Sequence record: OQ703618.1
Length of the DNA: 64,000 bases
Reading direction: 5' to 3' (one strand)
DNA from: Escherichia phage GADS24
Part shown: piece by piece, positions 56,290 through 64,000 of the stretch
Layout of the letters: each line of letters begins with the position of its first letter
Numbering within the stretch: position 1 is the stretch's first letter
The notes under the pieces: generated by a model
What the model saw: only the letters and a program-made list of their open reading frames with translations
The model's database searches: none
Told to the model about the DNA's origin: nothing
Translations under genes and position numbers: made by a program

Positions 56290-56571
56290 TTACTTATCGC
56301 ACTTAGCAACATAATTAGGCATATCACAGAATACGGAGCGAGTAACTACTCGACCCTTTGACCATGCTTCAGTTGCTTGTCCAGCCGTGCTATTAATATA
56401 GCTTGATTTAATGTTCTCAATACCCTGAGAATGTGATGCATTTACAGAACCATTAGAAGGCCCAGAAGACTGGTTACCACCAGCTCCTGCACTACCGCCA
56501 GCAGAACCCGTGGTAGCACCAACAGAGAATGCCATCATTACTGCGAATAAACCAATTACTAATTTTTTCAT
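56290..56571 (-). CDS. secreted Gly/Ser-rich protein with signal peptide
   Basis: 93 aa; signal peptide; late promoter upstream. Confidence 0.45.
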   Translation of the reverse strand: MKKLVIGLFAVMMAFSVGATTGSAGGSAGAGGNQSSGPSNGSVNASHSQGIENIKSSYINSTAGQATEAWSKGRVVTRSVFCDMPNYVAKCDK

Positions 56572-56602
56572 ATTTACCTCAAGTTAAGGGTTATTTATCT
56601 AC

Positions 56603-57592
56603 TTATTTATAGTAAGAATTATGATTTTCGAGATAGACTTGTTCAAGGAAGTCATCCCAGAAACTCATATCTACTTTTTGTTGCATACCGTTCTTGGCAG
56701 CTTGTTCTGACGCATGTTCAACTTGGTCAACGATATCTTCTAGGAATTCTTGTACAGTTTTAAACGTATGTTTACCAAGCTTAACATCAAGAATAAATGG
56801 AGCATCCTGAAGTGGGTAAACCAGGTCGCCTGTTTTGTAAATTTCTAATAATTGAAGTCCACCACGACATGCATGACTCAATGCTTTCCAGTCAATACCT
56901 TCGTTAGCTTCTGCCTTACGAGCACGTTCGCCATAGTTCTCTTCTAGTTTAACAAGGATGGCATTGAACTCTTTATTGGTTAACGTGTCTTGGAATTTAC
57001 GGTCCAACAGATTATAGAATGTTTGCTTACCTGTTTTCTCGTTTTCGGTTTCAACCCATGAAGCAAATTCACCTACAGGCAGAACATTCTTCATATGTGA
57101 TAAACGAATTACTGCCCCATTATCAAAGTATTGTCCCCATTCATTAGAACGTTTAAGGGCTTGTCGAAGAACAGCCAATCGAGAACCCTTGACGCCATAT
57201 TTAGAAGCTTGCTTACGGACATACCCTAAATAAGATTTCATGTTAGTGGTATAGAAACGAGACCTGTTATCTTGAATATGCTTCCATACATCAGGCAAAT
57301 CAGATTTAACTACTAGACTTTGTGGAGTGTGAAGCATATCTAATGCGACGGTTTCACCATCTGCAGCTAGTTTAAAGAAATATTTGAGACTATACAACTC
57401 ATGGTCCACGTCGTCTTTTGTGTTCTTAGAAGACGTGTTATTCGTGTTCTTGCTCATATGTTCTTTAACGTTACCGGTCAAGATATCACGAGCATGAGGG
57501 ACATAAATTTCTTTAAAATCGACGTCAGATTCAGGAGTAGACGTTCCATAAAGGTGACTACCAAAGTAGCCTTTCATAATTGTTTTCATCAT
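56603..57592 (-). CDS. nucleotidyltransferase-domain protein (MNT/pol-beta superfamily)
   Basis: 329 aa; N-terminal GSHLYGTSTPESDVD (GS-x9-D-x-D) motif. Confidence 0.55.
   Translation of the reverse strand: MMKTIMKGYFGSHLYGTSTPESDVDFKEIYVPHARDILTGNVKEHMSKNTNNTSSKNTKDDVDHELYSLKYFFKLAADGETVALDMLHTPQSLVVKSDLPDVWKHIQDNRSRFYTTNMKSYLGYVRKQASKYGVKGSRLAVLRQALKRSNEWGQYFDNGAVIRLSHMKNVLPVGEFASWVETENEKTGKQTFYNLLDRKFQDTLTNKEFNAILVKLEENYGERARKAEANEGIDWKALSHACRGGLQLLEIYKTGDLVYPLQDAPFILDVKLGKHTFKTVQEFLEDIVDQVEHASEQAAKNGMQQKVDMSFWDDFLEQVYLENHNSYYK
56604..56611 (-). promoter_or_regulatory. T4 late promoter TATAAATA
   Basis: Exact TATAAATA on minus ~32 nt upstream of 56571 ATG. Confidence 0.5.
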
Positions 57593-58062
57593 TTAGCCTT
57601 ATATTCAAGAGTAGGACAGACTTTTTCTTTACGAGCTTTAAGGTATTCACCTATTAATGATTTCTTACGTTCAATAGGCTCTAGTCCATTTTTAATTCGT
57701 TCTTGGTTTTGTGCAATGAGCTCAATTTCTTTATAATATTTTCTGTCGTTATATTTGTCTAACAACCAAGACGGGCCAATTACCAACCCGGTAGCAATAA
57801 AAGCCATGACTGCTACCATTAAAATGCCTACGCCAATTGAGGCCGGAACTAATGCCCATAGACTGCTAAAAACAAAGAATCTAGTTAAAAATTCCTGGCC
57901 AATGATTACGACTGCTGCTAAAATAGCAAATCCAATAATTGAAACAGCCAATACTGGGATTAACGTTTTCCAAAAATAAGCACACAACGTTTTCGGACGA
58001 TTCCATGTACTATTGAACATGGCATAAATTTTAAAGTGCCAAGAGTTTTCATTGATAATCAT
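57589..58062 (-). CDS. integral membrane protein
   Basis: 157 aa, several hydrophobic helices. Confidence 0.45.
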   Translation of the reverse strand: MIINENSWHFKIYAMFNSTWNRPKTLCAYFWKTLIPVLAVSIIGFAILAAVVIIGQEFLTRFFVFSSLWALVPASIGVGILMVAVMAFIATGLVIGPSWLLDKYNDRKYYKEIELIAQNQERIKNGLEPIERKKSLIGEYLKARKEKVCPTLEYKAK

Positions 58063-58071
58063 AATAATTCC

Positions 58072-58602
58072 TTATTTCAAAGTCGGGATAATAGAATCAA
58101 GATAAGCTTTAAGAGCAACTGCTTCATTTTTGTCTAATGTAATGATATGTTGACGAAGGTCGTCAATTTGGCGAATAACTACGACATCACCGTCTTCATA
58201 AGAAGGATTAACTCCCAGGACTGTTGTATAATCAGGGCGGTCCTGATTTGTAATAAAAGCATTACGGCATTTAGCCCATTGAAGTTTGGCCTTTTTGGCT
58301 GTTTCAGATTCCATGAATTCTTTCACTTTAGCGACGAATGTTTTCCAATTATTAATAGAAAAACATTCGTCTTCAGTTTCGATATTAACCCCACTATAAA
58401 GTCCGTGATAAAAACGAACTTGAAGGTCTTCATTAATGTTAATTACAGATGCATGGCCGGGTGGATTGAGTTTCAAAATCTTGTCCAGTTCCATAGGAAG
58501 AATAGTAGCAGCATCATCTTCTTGTGTCAGAACATACACATAACCACGTTTTTCGATACATAAATCACCAAACAACTCGGTCGTTTCAATTACAGTTTTC
58601 AT
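58072..58602 (-). CDS. hypothetical protein
   Basis: Start at MKTVIETT. Confidence 0.45.
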   Translation of the reverse strand: MKTVIETTELFGDLCIEKRGYVYVLTQEDDAATILPMELDKILKLNPPGHASVININEDLQVRFYHGLYSGVNIETEDECFSINNWKTFVAKVKEFMESETAKKAKLQWAKCRNAFITNQDRPDYTTVLGVNPSYEDGDVVVIRQIDDLRQHIITLDKNEAVALKAYLDSIIPTLK

Positions 58603-58918
58603 ATTATTCACCAATTAAAGTTTCGACAAAATTCACCAAAGCATTCTGGCAAGCATCAACCTGATTTTCATAAAAGTCCACGTTATCATTTACCGCATGA
58701 TAAGCTACATCATTCAAATCTGAATCGGCTTCACGTAAGTCATGGATAAGGTCCATCAATTTATTAGCTTGTTCACGGGTCATTTTACCATACTCGTTTC
58801 AATAAGATTCACTATGCCGTTTACCATGTTATAAGTAAACATCGGATAATTGTATTGTACTACAACATAAGCGATAAGCAAAAGTTTCATTTTGTTCTCC
58901 ATTTGTTTTGGTAGGATT

Positions 58919-58948
58919 ACTATATCATAGTCCTACCAAGACGTAAAC
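58919..58948 (-). promoter_or_regulatory. T4-type early promoter (-35 GTTTAC, -10 TATAGT) with inverted repeat ggtaggactat
   Basis: Hexamers ~18 bp apart. Confidence 0.5.
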
Positions 58949-59181
58949 TACCGATTGTGTTTTAAATGTTGATAAAGCTCTTCAACTTGTTTAGGGTCCA
59001 AAACAATTAAGTCATTTTCTTGGCGAAGATAAATCCATCCCTTATCCCCAGGGCCATTTTTACAAAACATCACCACCGTATCATCATCTTCAGCGCTTTC
59101 AGGTAAAAGTTCAAGTACACCGTCTTCAGATTTTCCAGTATAATCGTAAAGCATAATATCCTCACATAATCTCGTTAACAT
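58948..59181 (-). CDS. hypothetical protein
   Basis: 77-aa ORF. Confidence 0.4.
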   Translation of the reverse strand: MLTRLCEDIMLYDYTGKSEDGVLELLPESAEDDDTVVMFCKNGPGDKGWIYLRQENDLIVLDPKQVEELYQHLKHNR

Positions 59182-59341
59182 ACATTTGCAATTCGGTGTG
59201 GGCTTCAGCCATCTTTTTCATAGCTCTGTTAATGTCGATGTCTCCATCTTCGCAACCATGAGCATTTTCCCAATCAGACACCGCATTAGCGTACTCTTCA
59301 ATCAAAAACATCAACTTAGAAATCTTTTCTTTACGTGTCAT
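59162..59341 (-). CDS. hypothetical protein
   Basis: Start MTRKEK with SD aggaga. Confidence 0.35.
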   Translation of the reverse strand: MTRKEKISKLMFLIEEYANAVSDWENAHGCEDGDIDINRAMKKMAEAHTELQMYVNEIM

Positions 59342-59368
59342 AACGTTCTCCTCTAGTAAGTAAAGACT

Positions 59369-59397
59369 ACTATAACACAACCTGAGGAGAAGTAAAC
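59369..59397 (-). promoter_or_regulatory. T4-type early promoter (-35 GTTTAC, -10 TATAGT)
   Basis: Hexamers 17 bp apart. Confidence 0.55.
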
Positions 59398-59407
59398 TGC
59401 TAAATGC

Positions 59408-59436
59408 AAAAAAGCCCCAACCGTAAGGAAGGGGCT
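59408..59436 (-). terminator. intrinsic terminator
   Basis: Stem gcccc/ggggc with T6 on minus strand. Confidence 0.55.
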
Positions 59437-59442
59437 AGTAAA

Positions 59443-59745
59443 TTAGATAGATGTAGGCTCTAATTTTATTTTCATGAACTCGGCAAATTGTCTGGCAGTT
59501 TTTATGCCTTGTTCATGACATTCAAATGCATCGTCACAGGGGCTATTTTTGTAATGCTTTGCCATATACTTATAGAATTTTTCAGAATTCTCGACATTTT
59601 GAATTTCAAACAAAGTATATACGTTTTTAATCCCTGATTCCATAAAGTTATCAAAATATGGGTCTGTGTACGCAGTACCAACGTTAGGAGTTGTTGCTGC
59701 AAAAAACCCCAGCATCGCCATGACAGCTATCGCTCTTAAGGCCAT
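59443..59745 (-). CDS. secreted protein with signal peptide
   Basis: 100 aa; signal peptide. Confidence 0.45.
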   Translation of the reverse strand: MALRAIAVMAMLGFFAATTPNVGTAYTDPYFDNFMESGIKNVYTLFEIQNVENSEKFYKYMAKHYKNSPCDDAFECHEQGIKTARQFAEFMKIKLEPTSI

Positions 59746-59757
59746 ATAGGCCTCCTG

Positions 59758-59970
59758 TTAATTTTGGCCAGTATTTATTTTTCGCCTTTGGACGGCCTTA
59801 ACATCTGTGAGGTATTTTTCCAGCTTGCGCTTGCGTGTATAATCAGCTTTAGAACCAGTTTGACGGATATCCTCGTTTAAATGAGAAATAGAATGTCCTA
59901 ATTCTCTTCGGATTTCATCCAATTGGGTTACAGTAAGATTACGAAGTTGTCTTTCGTTTAATTGCTGCAT
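59758..59970 (-). CDS. hypothetical protein
   Basis: 70-aa ORF; late promoter upstream. Confidence 0.4.
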   Translation of the reverse strand: MQQLNERQLRNLTVTQLDEIRRELGHSISHLNEDIRQTGSKADYTRKRKLEKYLTDVKAVQRRKINTGQN

Positions 59971-59994
59971 ATATACCTCTTGGTTAGATATTAG

Positions 59995-60002
59995 TATTTA
60001 TA
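59995..60002 (-). promoter_or_regulatory. T4 late promoter TATAAATA
   Basis: Exact TATAAATA on minus 25 nt upstream of 59970 ATG. Confidence 0.45.
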
Positions 60003-60579
60003 ACAACCCTGTCAAATCATTCCAATGCTTCCGGCATAATGACACATATCTATCGGTATCACCAATTTCAATTTGACTGCCATCCGTAATTGGAAGTCCG
60101 TCTTCCGTGACTCTAGCTACCATTGTGGCCTTTTTACCACAATGACAGACACCTTTAAGTTCAACAAGCTTATCGGCAATAGCCATTAATGCTTGAGAAC
60201 CTTCAAATAGATTACCTTTAAAATCTGTTCGTAGTCCATATGCCATTACTGGCACATTGTATACGTCAACAATACGACTAAGTTGATACACCTTTTCAGT
60301 AGTTAAGAACTGAGCTTCGTCAACAAATACACAATGAATATCCTTTTGTGCTGCAGCCCATTTATAGAATTCAAAGATATCCATGTCTTTTGTAATTATA
60401 TTGGCGTCCTGACGAATACCAATACGAGAGACTATTTCACCTTTTGAATCGCGAGTATCAATAGCCGGTTTAAGAACTAATACACCCATGCCACGTTCTT
60501 TATAGTTATGTGCGGCAGTAAGTAATGAAGCAGACTTACCAGCGTTCATAGCGGCATATGTAAAAATTAAACTAGCCAT
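59998..60579 (-). CDS. tk: thymidine kinase
   Basis: Start MASLIFTYAAMNAGKS; T4 Tk-like. Confidence 0.9.
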   Translation of the reverse strand: MASLIFTYAAMNAGKSASLLTAAHNYKERGMGVLVLKPAIDTRDSKGEIVSRIGIRQDANIITKDMDIFEFYKWAAAQKDIHCVFVDEAQFLTTEKVYQLSRIVDVYNVPVMAYGLRTDFKGNLFEGSQALMAIADKLVELKGVCHCGKKATMVARVTEDGLPITDGSQIEIGDTDRYVSLCRKHWNDLTGLL

Positions 60580-60588
60580 AAGAGTCCC

Positions 60589-60771
60589 TTATAGTGAATT
60601 CACGTAGTCAATGAGTTCTTGTTCTTTCCTGTCAAATGATTCCATCAATGCTTGATATTCTTCATCTGTTAAAGGAGCATATTCATCGTACGCATTGGTG
60701 GCTGCTTGCTCATCCAATAGGTCATGAATAAGTTCAAACAGTTTAGCTTTCTCTTCTTTAGTTAATTTCAT
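60589..60771 (-). CDS. hypothetical acidic protein
   Basis: 60-aa ORF. Confidence 0.4.
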   Translation of the reverse strand: MKLTKEEKAKLFELIHDLLDEQAATNAYDEYAPLTDEEYQALMESFDRKEQELIDYVNSL

Positions 60772-60995
60772 TTAGGTTCACCTTCTTTAACGAAATCTGG
60801 GTAAGGGTAAAATCCTGAGTAAAACCCTTCACCTTTATGATTGCTACAACCTTTGTTCGAACAGTAACACCAATAATCAAAATCACAAGCCATTTCGTCA
60901 TTGCATAAAGCAAAAACTACAGGCCATTCGCATTTTTCGCATTTAGCACCTGTAAGAATTTTTGTTTGACTCATAGCCATGTCACCTTTAAGCAA
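60768..60995 (-). CDS. Cys-rich small protein (putative zinc binding)
   Basis: CEKCE...CNDEMACD...CYCSNKGC. Confidence 0.4.
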   Translation of the reverse strand: MLKGDMAMSQTKILTGAKCEKCEWPVVFALCNDEMACDFDYWCYCSNKGCSNHKGEGFYSGFYPYPDFVKEGEPK

Positions 60996-61198
60996 TATTC
61001 TTCTACATGTTGTTTACGGCCTTTCTTATCAATAAAGGTATATTCAACGAATGTTCCGATGTAGTCTTTATCTACATCATGTGGACTATTAATTGGGCAT
61101 TTGGTACGACAAATGCGTTCCCATTGACGAATAATTACTGCCTTATTCTTTGGGTCATATGGATGTGGATAATGTATATTCATAATAACGGTTCCCAA
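60971..61198 (-). CDS. hypothetical protein
   Basis: 75-aa ORF. Confidence 0.4.
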   Translation of the reverse strand: MGTVIMNIHYPHPYDPKNKAVIIRQWERICRTKCPINSPHDVDKDYIGTFVEYTFIDKKGRKQHVEEYCLKVTWL

Positions 61199-61677
61199 TC
61201 AACAATCACAATTTCTAGTTTAGTGGAATACGTATCTAAAATCTCTTCGATGACATCCCAGTTTCCACCACCAATACCTGCACCAATTCTTGGCATATAA
61301 ATTACAGGCTTTGTTATCTTATTCTTTCCGAATTCATTTAATTCTATTATACAATTCATTAAAGCAGAGTACTCAAAATTAGGTCCCGGCTCAAACTGCG
61401 TATAAAGATTAAAGCAATAAGCTTTATGGGTCTTAAAATATTTTTCATAAACCGAATAAGTCCCGAGTTTAGACTCGTCTCCGAATTCGGTTTGAAGTTT
61501 ATCAGCTTCCAGAATTTTTGGATAAGCCTTTGCTAATTGTCCTGCCACACCGGCGCCCATTGTATGAAAACAATTACACCCATGAGCGATATTATTACCT
61601 TTAGAAAACAGGGCGACAATATCGCCCTTGATATAGTTTTTAATCACTTGCTGCAAGTCCTCTATTATAAGAGTCAA
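61180..61677 (-). CDS. macro domain protein (ADP-ribose binding/hydrolase-like)
   Basis: 165 aa; GCNCFHTMGAGVAGQL and GIGGG macro signatures. Confidence 0.6.
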   Translation of the reverse strand: MTLIIEDLQQVIKNYIKGDIVALFSKGNNIAHGCNCFHTMGAGVAGQLAKAYPKILEADKLQTEFGDESKLGTYSVYEKYFKTHKAYCFNLYTQFEPGPNFEYSALMNCIIELNEFGKNKITKPVIYMPRIGAGIGGGNWDVIEEILDTYSTKLEIVIVDWEPLL

Positions 61678-61987
61678 CTAGACGGTCCACCATAGAATTG
61701 CATGCTGCCTTATCTTTAGGTTCCGCCACCGAGCATTCTAATATTTGCCATTTTTTATAGTATCTTTTAATTAAGGTAGACGCCTTGAACCTACTAGACG
61801 CCCCATCTTTTTCTCCGTCTTTATACGCATATAACAATTTTTGTGAAAAATCTACTTTACACTCTTGACTTTGACCACAATAATCAGACGCCGTTCTGTT
61901 TGTATACTCCGTTATATCAGTATATGTAGTATTAGCAAGAGCGTTAAATGAAACCAAGCCAACTATTAAAGCCAACATTTTGGTCAT
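61640..61987 (-). CDS. secreted protein with signal peptide
   Basis: 115 aa. Confidence 0.45.
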   Translation of the reverse strand: MTKMLALIVGLVSFNALANTTYTDITEYTNRTASDYCGQSQECKVDFSQKLLYAYKDGEKDGASSRFKASTLIKRYYKKWQILECSVAEPKDKAACNSMVDRLVDSYNRGLAASD

Positions 61988-62526
61988 TCTTTTATTTCCA
62001 GTAGTTTATTTGATTTAAGGTAATTGGCCTTTTCTAGGACTTCAGAAGCATATTTACTTCCAGCACTTGTCTTCCATCCCGCGTTATATGAGGATATAGC
62101 TTTTCTTATATCCCCATTATGTATATTTAACCAATAAGAAAATTCGATATAAGCCCATCTGGCTGAATTAGACCGCTTAGATAGCATTTTCTTAATTTGG
62201 GCATCAGTCATATTATAACCAAGCTGGTTAATTCTTGCCCTCATTGTTGGTAGATAATTTTGGAACATTCCATACGCATGGTGACCTTTCTTATCTTTAA
62301 GATTAATACCGGCAGATGATTCCTGCCATAGTATTGCGGCCATTATGTATCCAAGTCCTTTCTTATGCATATTTTCATGCGTTTTAAATTTTCCGTCCTT
62401 AGAAAACTGTTCCCCGAACTGATAAGCATAATTCAAGTTATCGAGTTGGACATTACTAAAAGTATGCTCGGAGCTATGTGCTGATAACGAAAGAGCAAAT
62501 AGACCAGCGAGTAGTGCTTTTCTCAT
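61984..62526 (-). CDS. secreted lytic transglycosylase-like protein (SLT domain)
   Basis: Signal peptide; catalytic-region motif WQESS...GMFQ. Confidence 0.5.
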   Translation of the reverse strand: MRKALLAGLFALSLSAHSSEHTFSNVQLDNLNYAYQFGEQFSKDGKFKTHENMHKKGLGYIMAAILWQESSAGINLKDKKGHHAYGMFQNYLPTMRARINQLGYNMTDAQIKKMLSKRSNSARWAYIEFSYWLNIHNGDIRKAISSYNAGWKTSAGSKYASEVLEKANYLKSNKLLEIKE

Positions 62527-62534
62527 GTTTACCT

Positions 62535-62993
62535 CTAGATTTTAATCACTGCTTTAGAAGCTTTTCCTGGTAGTCGTTTACTGTTAATAATAGCCATTCT
62601 GCATTGAAGAGTCTTCATTTTGAATGCTGGATTTTCGCGACAAACTGTAAGTCCTAACCAAAGATTTCCGTCAGTTATTTCTAAACGGCCTGGGCGATAT
62701 TCGACACCTTCGACAAAATCTTCATCAACATCTGGACGTGCCGGCATTGATAAAAATTCTGCAACTTCTTTAACATGATTTTTTACTTTACGAAATAATT
62801 CAAAAACGTAATTCTCGTCTATTTCTCTCTGGATGGCACGATCTAAGAGATGTTGAGAATACTTGATATGAAAGCCTGGTAGTCCAAGAGACTTTGCAGC
62901 ATCTTTTATACCGGCATTTATTTTGCGGAACTCCGTTTCAAAGATTCGACGGAGTTTATTACGGCGGATAAAAACGTCTGAATTGATAGTCAT
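62535..62993 (-). CDS. regB: RegB site-specific endoribonuclease
   Basis: 152 aa; long identical blocks to T4 RegB. Confidence 0.85.
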   Translation of the reverse strand: MTINSDVFIRRNKLRRIFETEFRKINAGIKDAAKSLGLPGFHIKYSQHLLDRAIQREIDENYVFELFRKVKNHVKEVAEFLSMPARPDVDEDFVEGVEYRPGRLEITDGNLWLGLTVCRENPAFKMKTLQCRMAIINSKRLPGKASKAVIKI

Positions 62994-63021
62994 TTTGATT
63001 TCTCCTCTAGTTGACAGGTCT

Positions 63022-63050
63022 ATAGTAACACAACTAGAGGAGAAGTAAAC
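63022..63050 (-). promoter_or_regulatory. T4-type early promoter (-35 GTTTAC, -10 TACTAT) flanked by 11-bp inverted repeat tcctctagttg/caactagagga
   Basis: Hexamers 17 bp apart; downstream arm carries regB SD. Confidence 0.6.
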
Positions 63051-63349
63051 TACTCTTTGAAAGGAATTAACTTTTTAACTGCTTTAGATACTTCGTCACG
63101 AACCTGGTGGAAGTTCTTGAGCTGTTCAAGGCGTTGTTCGTAATACGCAATCTCATCTTCTTCAAGACAATCATCAGCGTCTTCTTTCAGATATGCCTTG
63201 TACTCATTAAAGAGGGCCCATAGGCGATTCTCAAAGTCATCAAGGCTTTGAATTTTCTTGTGCTTCGGAACAAGGCCAAAAGGATTGCTTTCAGTTATGC
63301 GTCGAGATGCTTCATAATGAGTTCCAAAGCCTGATAGGATTTGAGCCAT
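63050..63349 (-). CDS. hypothetical protein
   Basis: Start MAQILSG; TAATG overlap with upstream gene. Confidence 0.45.
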   Translation of the reverse strand: MAQILSGFGTHYEASRRITESNPFGLVPKHKKIQSLDDFENRLWALFNEYKAYLKEDADDCLEEDEIAYYEQRLEQLKNFHQVRDEVSKAVKKLIPFKE

Positions 63350-63594
63350 TAGTATTTTTCCTCTGGTTGAAATACCGCACGACAAGCCCACATACTAGCT
63401 TCCTTTAGGCGTTCTTTAGCACAGTTCAATTGGGACAAAGCCGTCAGAGCTTCAGGAGTATTTGCTGATAATGCTTCTTCTGCCAGGGCGTCTAGAATAA
63501 GTCCTAAACGAACTTCAGCATCTTTAATAGCGTTCACTTTACCGATTTTATCATCGGTATGCGGCTTGTAGCCTTTAATATCTTCAATCGTCAT
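63349..63594 (-). CDS. hypothetical protein
   Basis: Internal start MTIEDIKG chosen. Confidence 0.4.
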   Translation of the reverse strand: MTIEDIKGYKPHTDDKIGKVNAIKDAEVRLGLILDALAEEALSANTPEALTALSQLNCAKERLKEASMWACRAVFQPEEKY

Positions 63595-63808
63595 AAGGAA
63601 TTTCCTCATCTGTGGCAAGGTCATATTCGACCAATTGGATAGGCTCATTAATACCGTATCCACGTACAGTGATATCAGTTGTCGGATAGTTTCCAGTAAT
63701 ATCACCCATTCTAAATGCTTCAATGAATGATTGCTCGCCTGAGCAACTAAACCAGGCGGCAAAACATTTTAAAACATCTTCAGACCCTTCTATAATCAAT
63801 TTAGCCAT
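63584..63808 (-). CDS. hypothetical acidic protein
   Basis: 74-aa ORF. Confidence 0.4.
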   Translation of the reverse strand: MAKLIIEGSEDVLKCFAAWFSCSGEQSFIEAFRMGDITGNYPTTDITVRGYGINEPIQLVEYDLATDEEIPYDD

Positions 63809-64000
63809 TATAGACTCTCGGTAAAGGTACGAGCGATAACGTCGCGCTGCTGTTCCGGAGTCAGAGAGTTAAAGCGAACTGCATAACCGGATACACGGAT
63901 GGTCAGCTGCGGATATTTTTCCGGATGCTTAACTGCATCTTCCAGAGTTTCACGACGCAGAACGTTAACGTTCAGGTGTTGACCACCTTCAATTTTAACT
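63808..64000 (-). CDS. autonomous glycyl radical cofactor (GrcA/YfiD-like), C-terminal part; 5' end beyond window
   Basis: Hand translation ends ...[34 protein letters not shown]; RVSGYA glycyl-radical motif; GC-rich E. coli-like codons. Confidence 0.6.
   Translation of the reverse strand, partial: VKIEGGQHLNVNVLRRETLEDAVKHPEKYPQLTIRVSGYAVRFNSLTPEQQRDVIARTFTESL

Noticed and set aside
63011-63016. Perfect TTGACA on the plus strand inside the regB cassette as a plus-strand promoter
   Set aside because: It is the palindromic partner of the minus-strand arm, has no -10 at proper spacing and no plus-strand gene downstream.
8109-63050. Possibility that the repeated intergenic cassettes are a CRISPR array or transposon ends
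   Set aside because: Repeats are irregularly spaced at gene boundaries, contain promoter hexamers at fixed 17-bp spacing, and no cas or transposase genes are present.
1-64000. tRNA or other structured RNA genes
   Set aside because: No cloverleaf-like sequences noticed by eye; no systematic RNA search was run, so this is not exhaustive.

Overview
This window is a T4-like (Tevenvirinae) myophage replication and nucleotide-metabolism region with almost every gene on the minus strand, collinear with T4 from rIIB/rIIA to regB. Recognisable core genes include the fused topoisomerase II large subunit (gp60+39), dexA, dda, soc, gp56 dCTPase, gp61 primase, dmd, gp41 helicase, uvsX, gp42 dCMP hydroxymethylase, a 903-aa gp43 DNA polymerase of the RB69 type, regA, gp62/44/45, gp46/47, gp55, nrdG/nrdD, gp49, nrdC, tk and regB. 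The main point of interest is that the loci where T4 carries its alpha- and beta-glucosyltransferases are instead occupied by an apparent sugar-nucleotide biosynthesis and transfer module (25190..31741), with a further GT-B glycosyltransferase next to rIIA (3807..4907). I read this as a phage-encoded pentose-type hypermodification system for hydroxymethylcytosine DNA; the exact sugar is inference, not seen in sequence. Other features are a repeated early-promoter cassette with inverted repeats, terminator/middle-promoter composites, late promoters, three small paralog families, ADP-ribosylation-related genes, and a host-like GC-rich glycyl-radical cofactor gene fragment at the 3' edge. All calls rest on reading the translations and motifs by eye; no database search was run.
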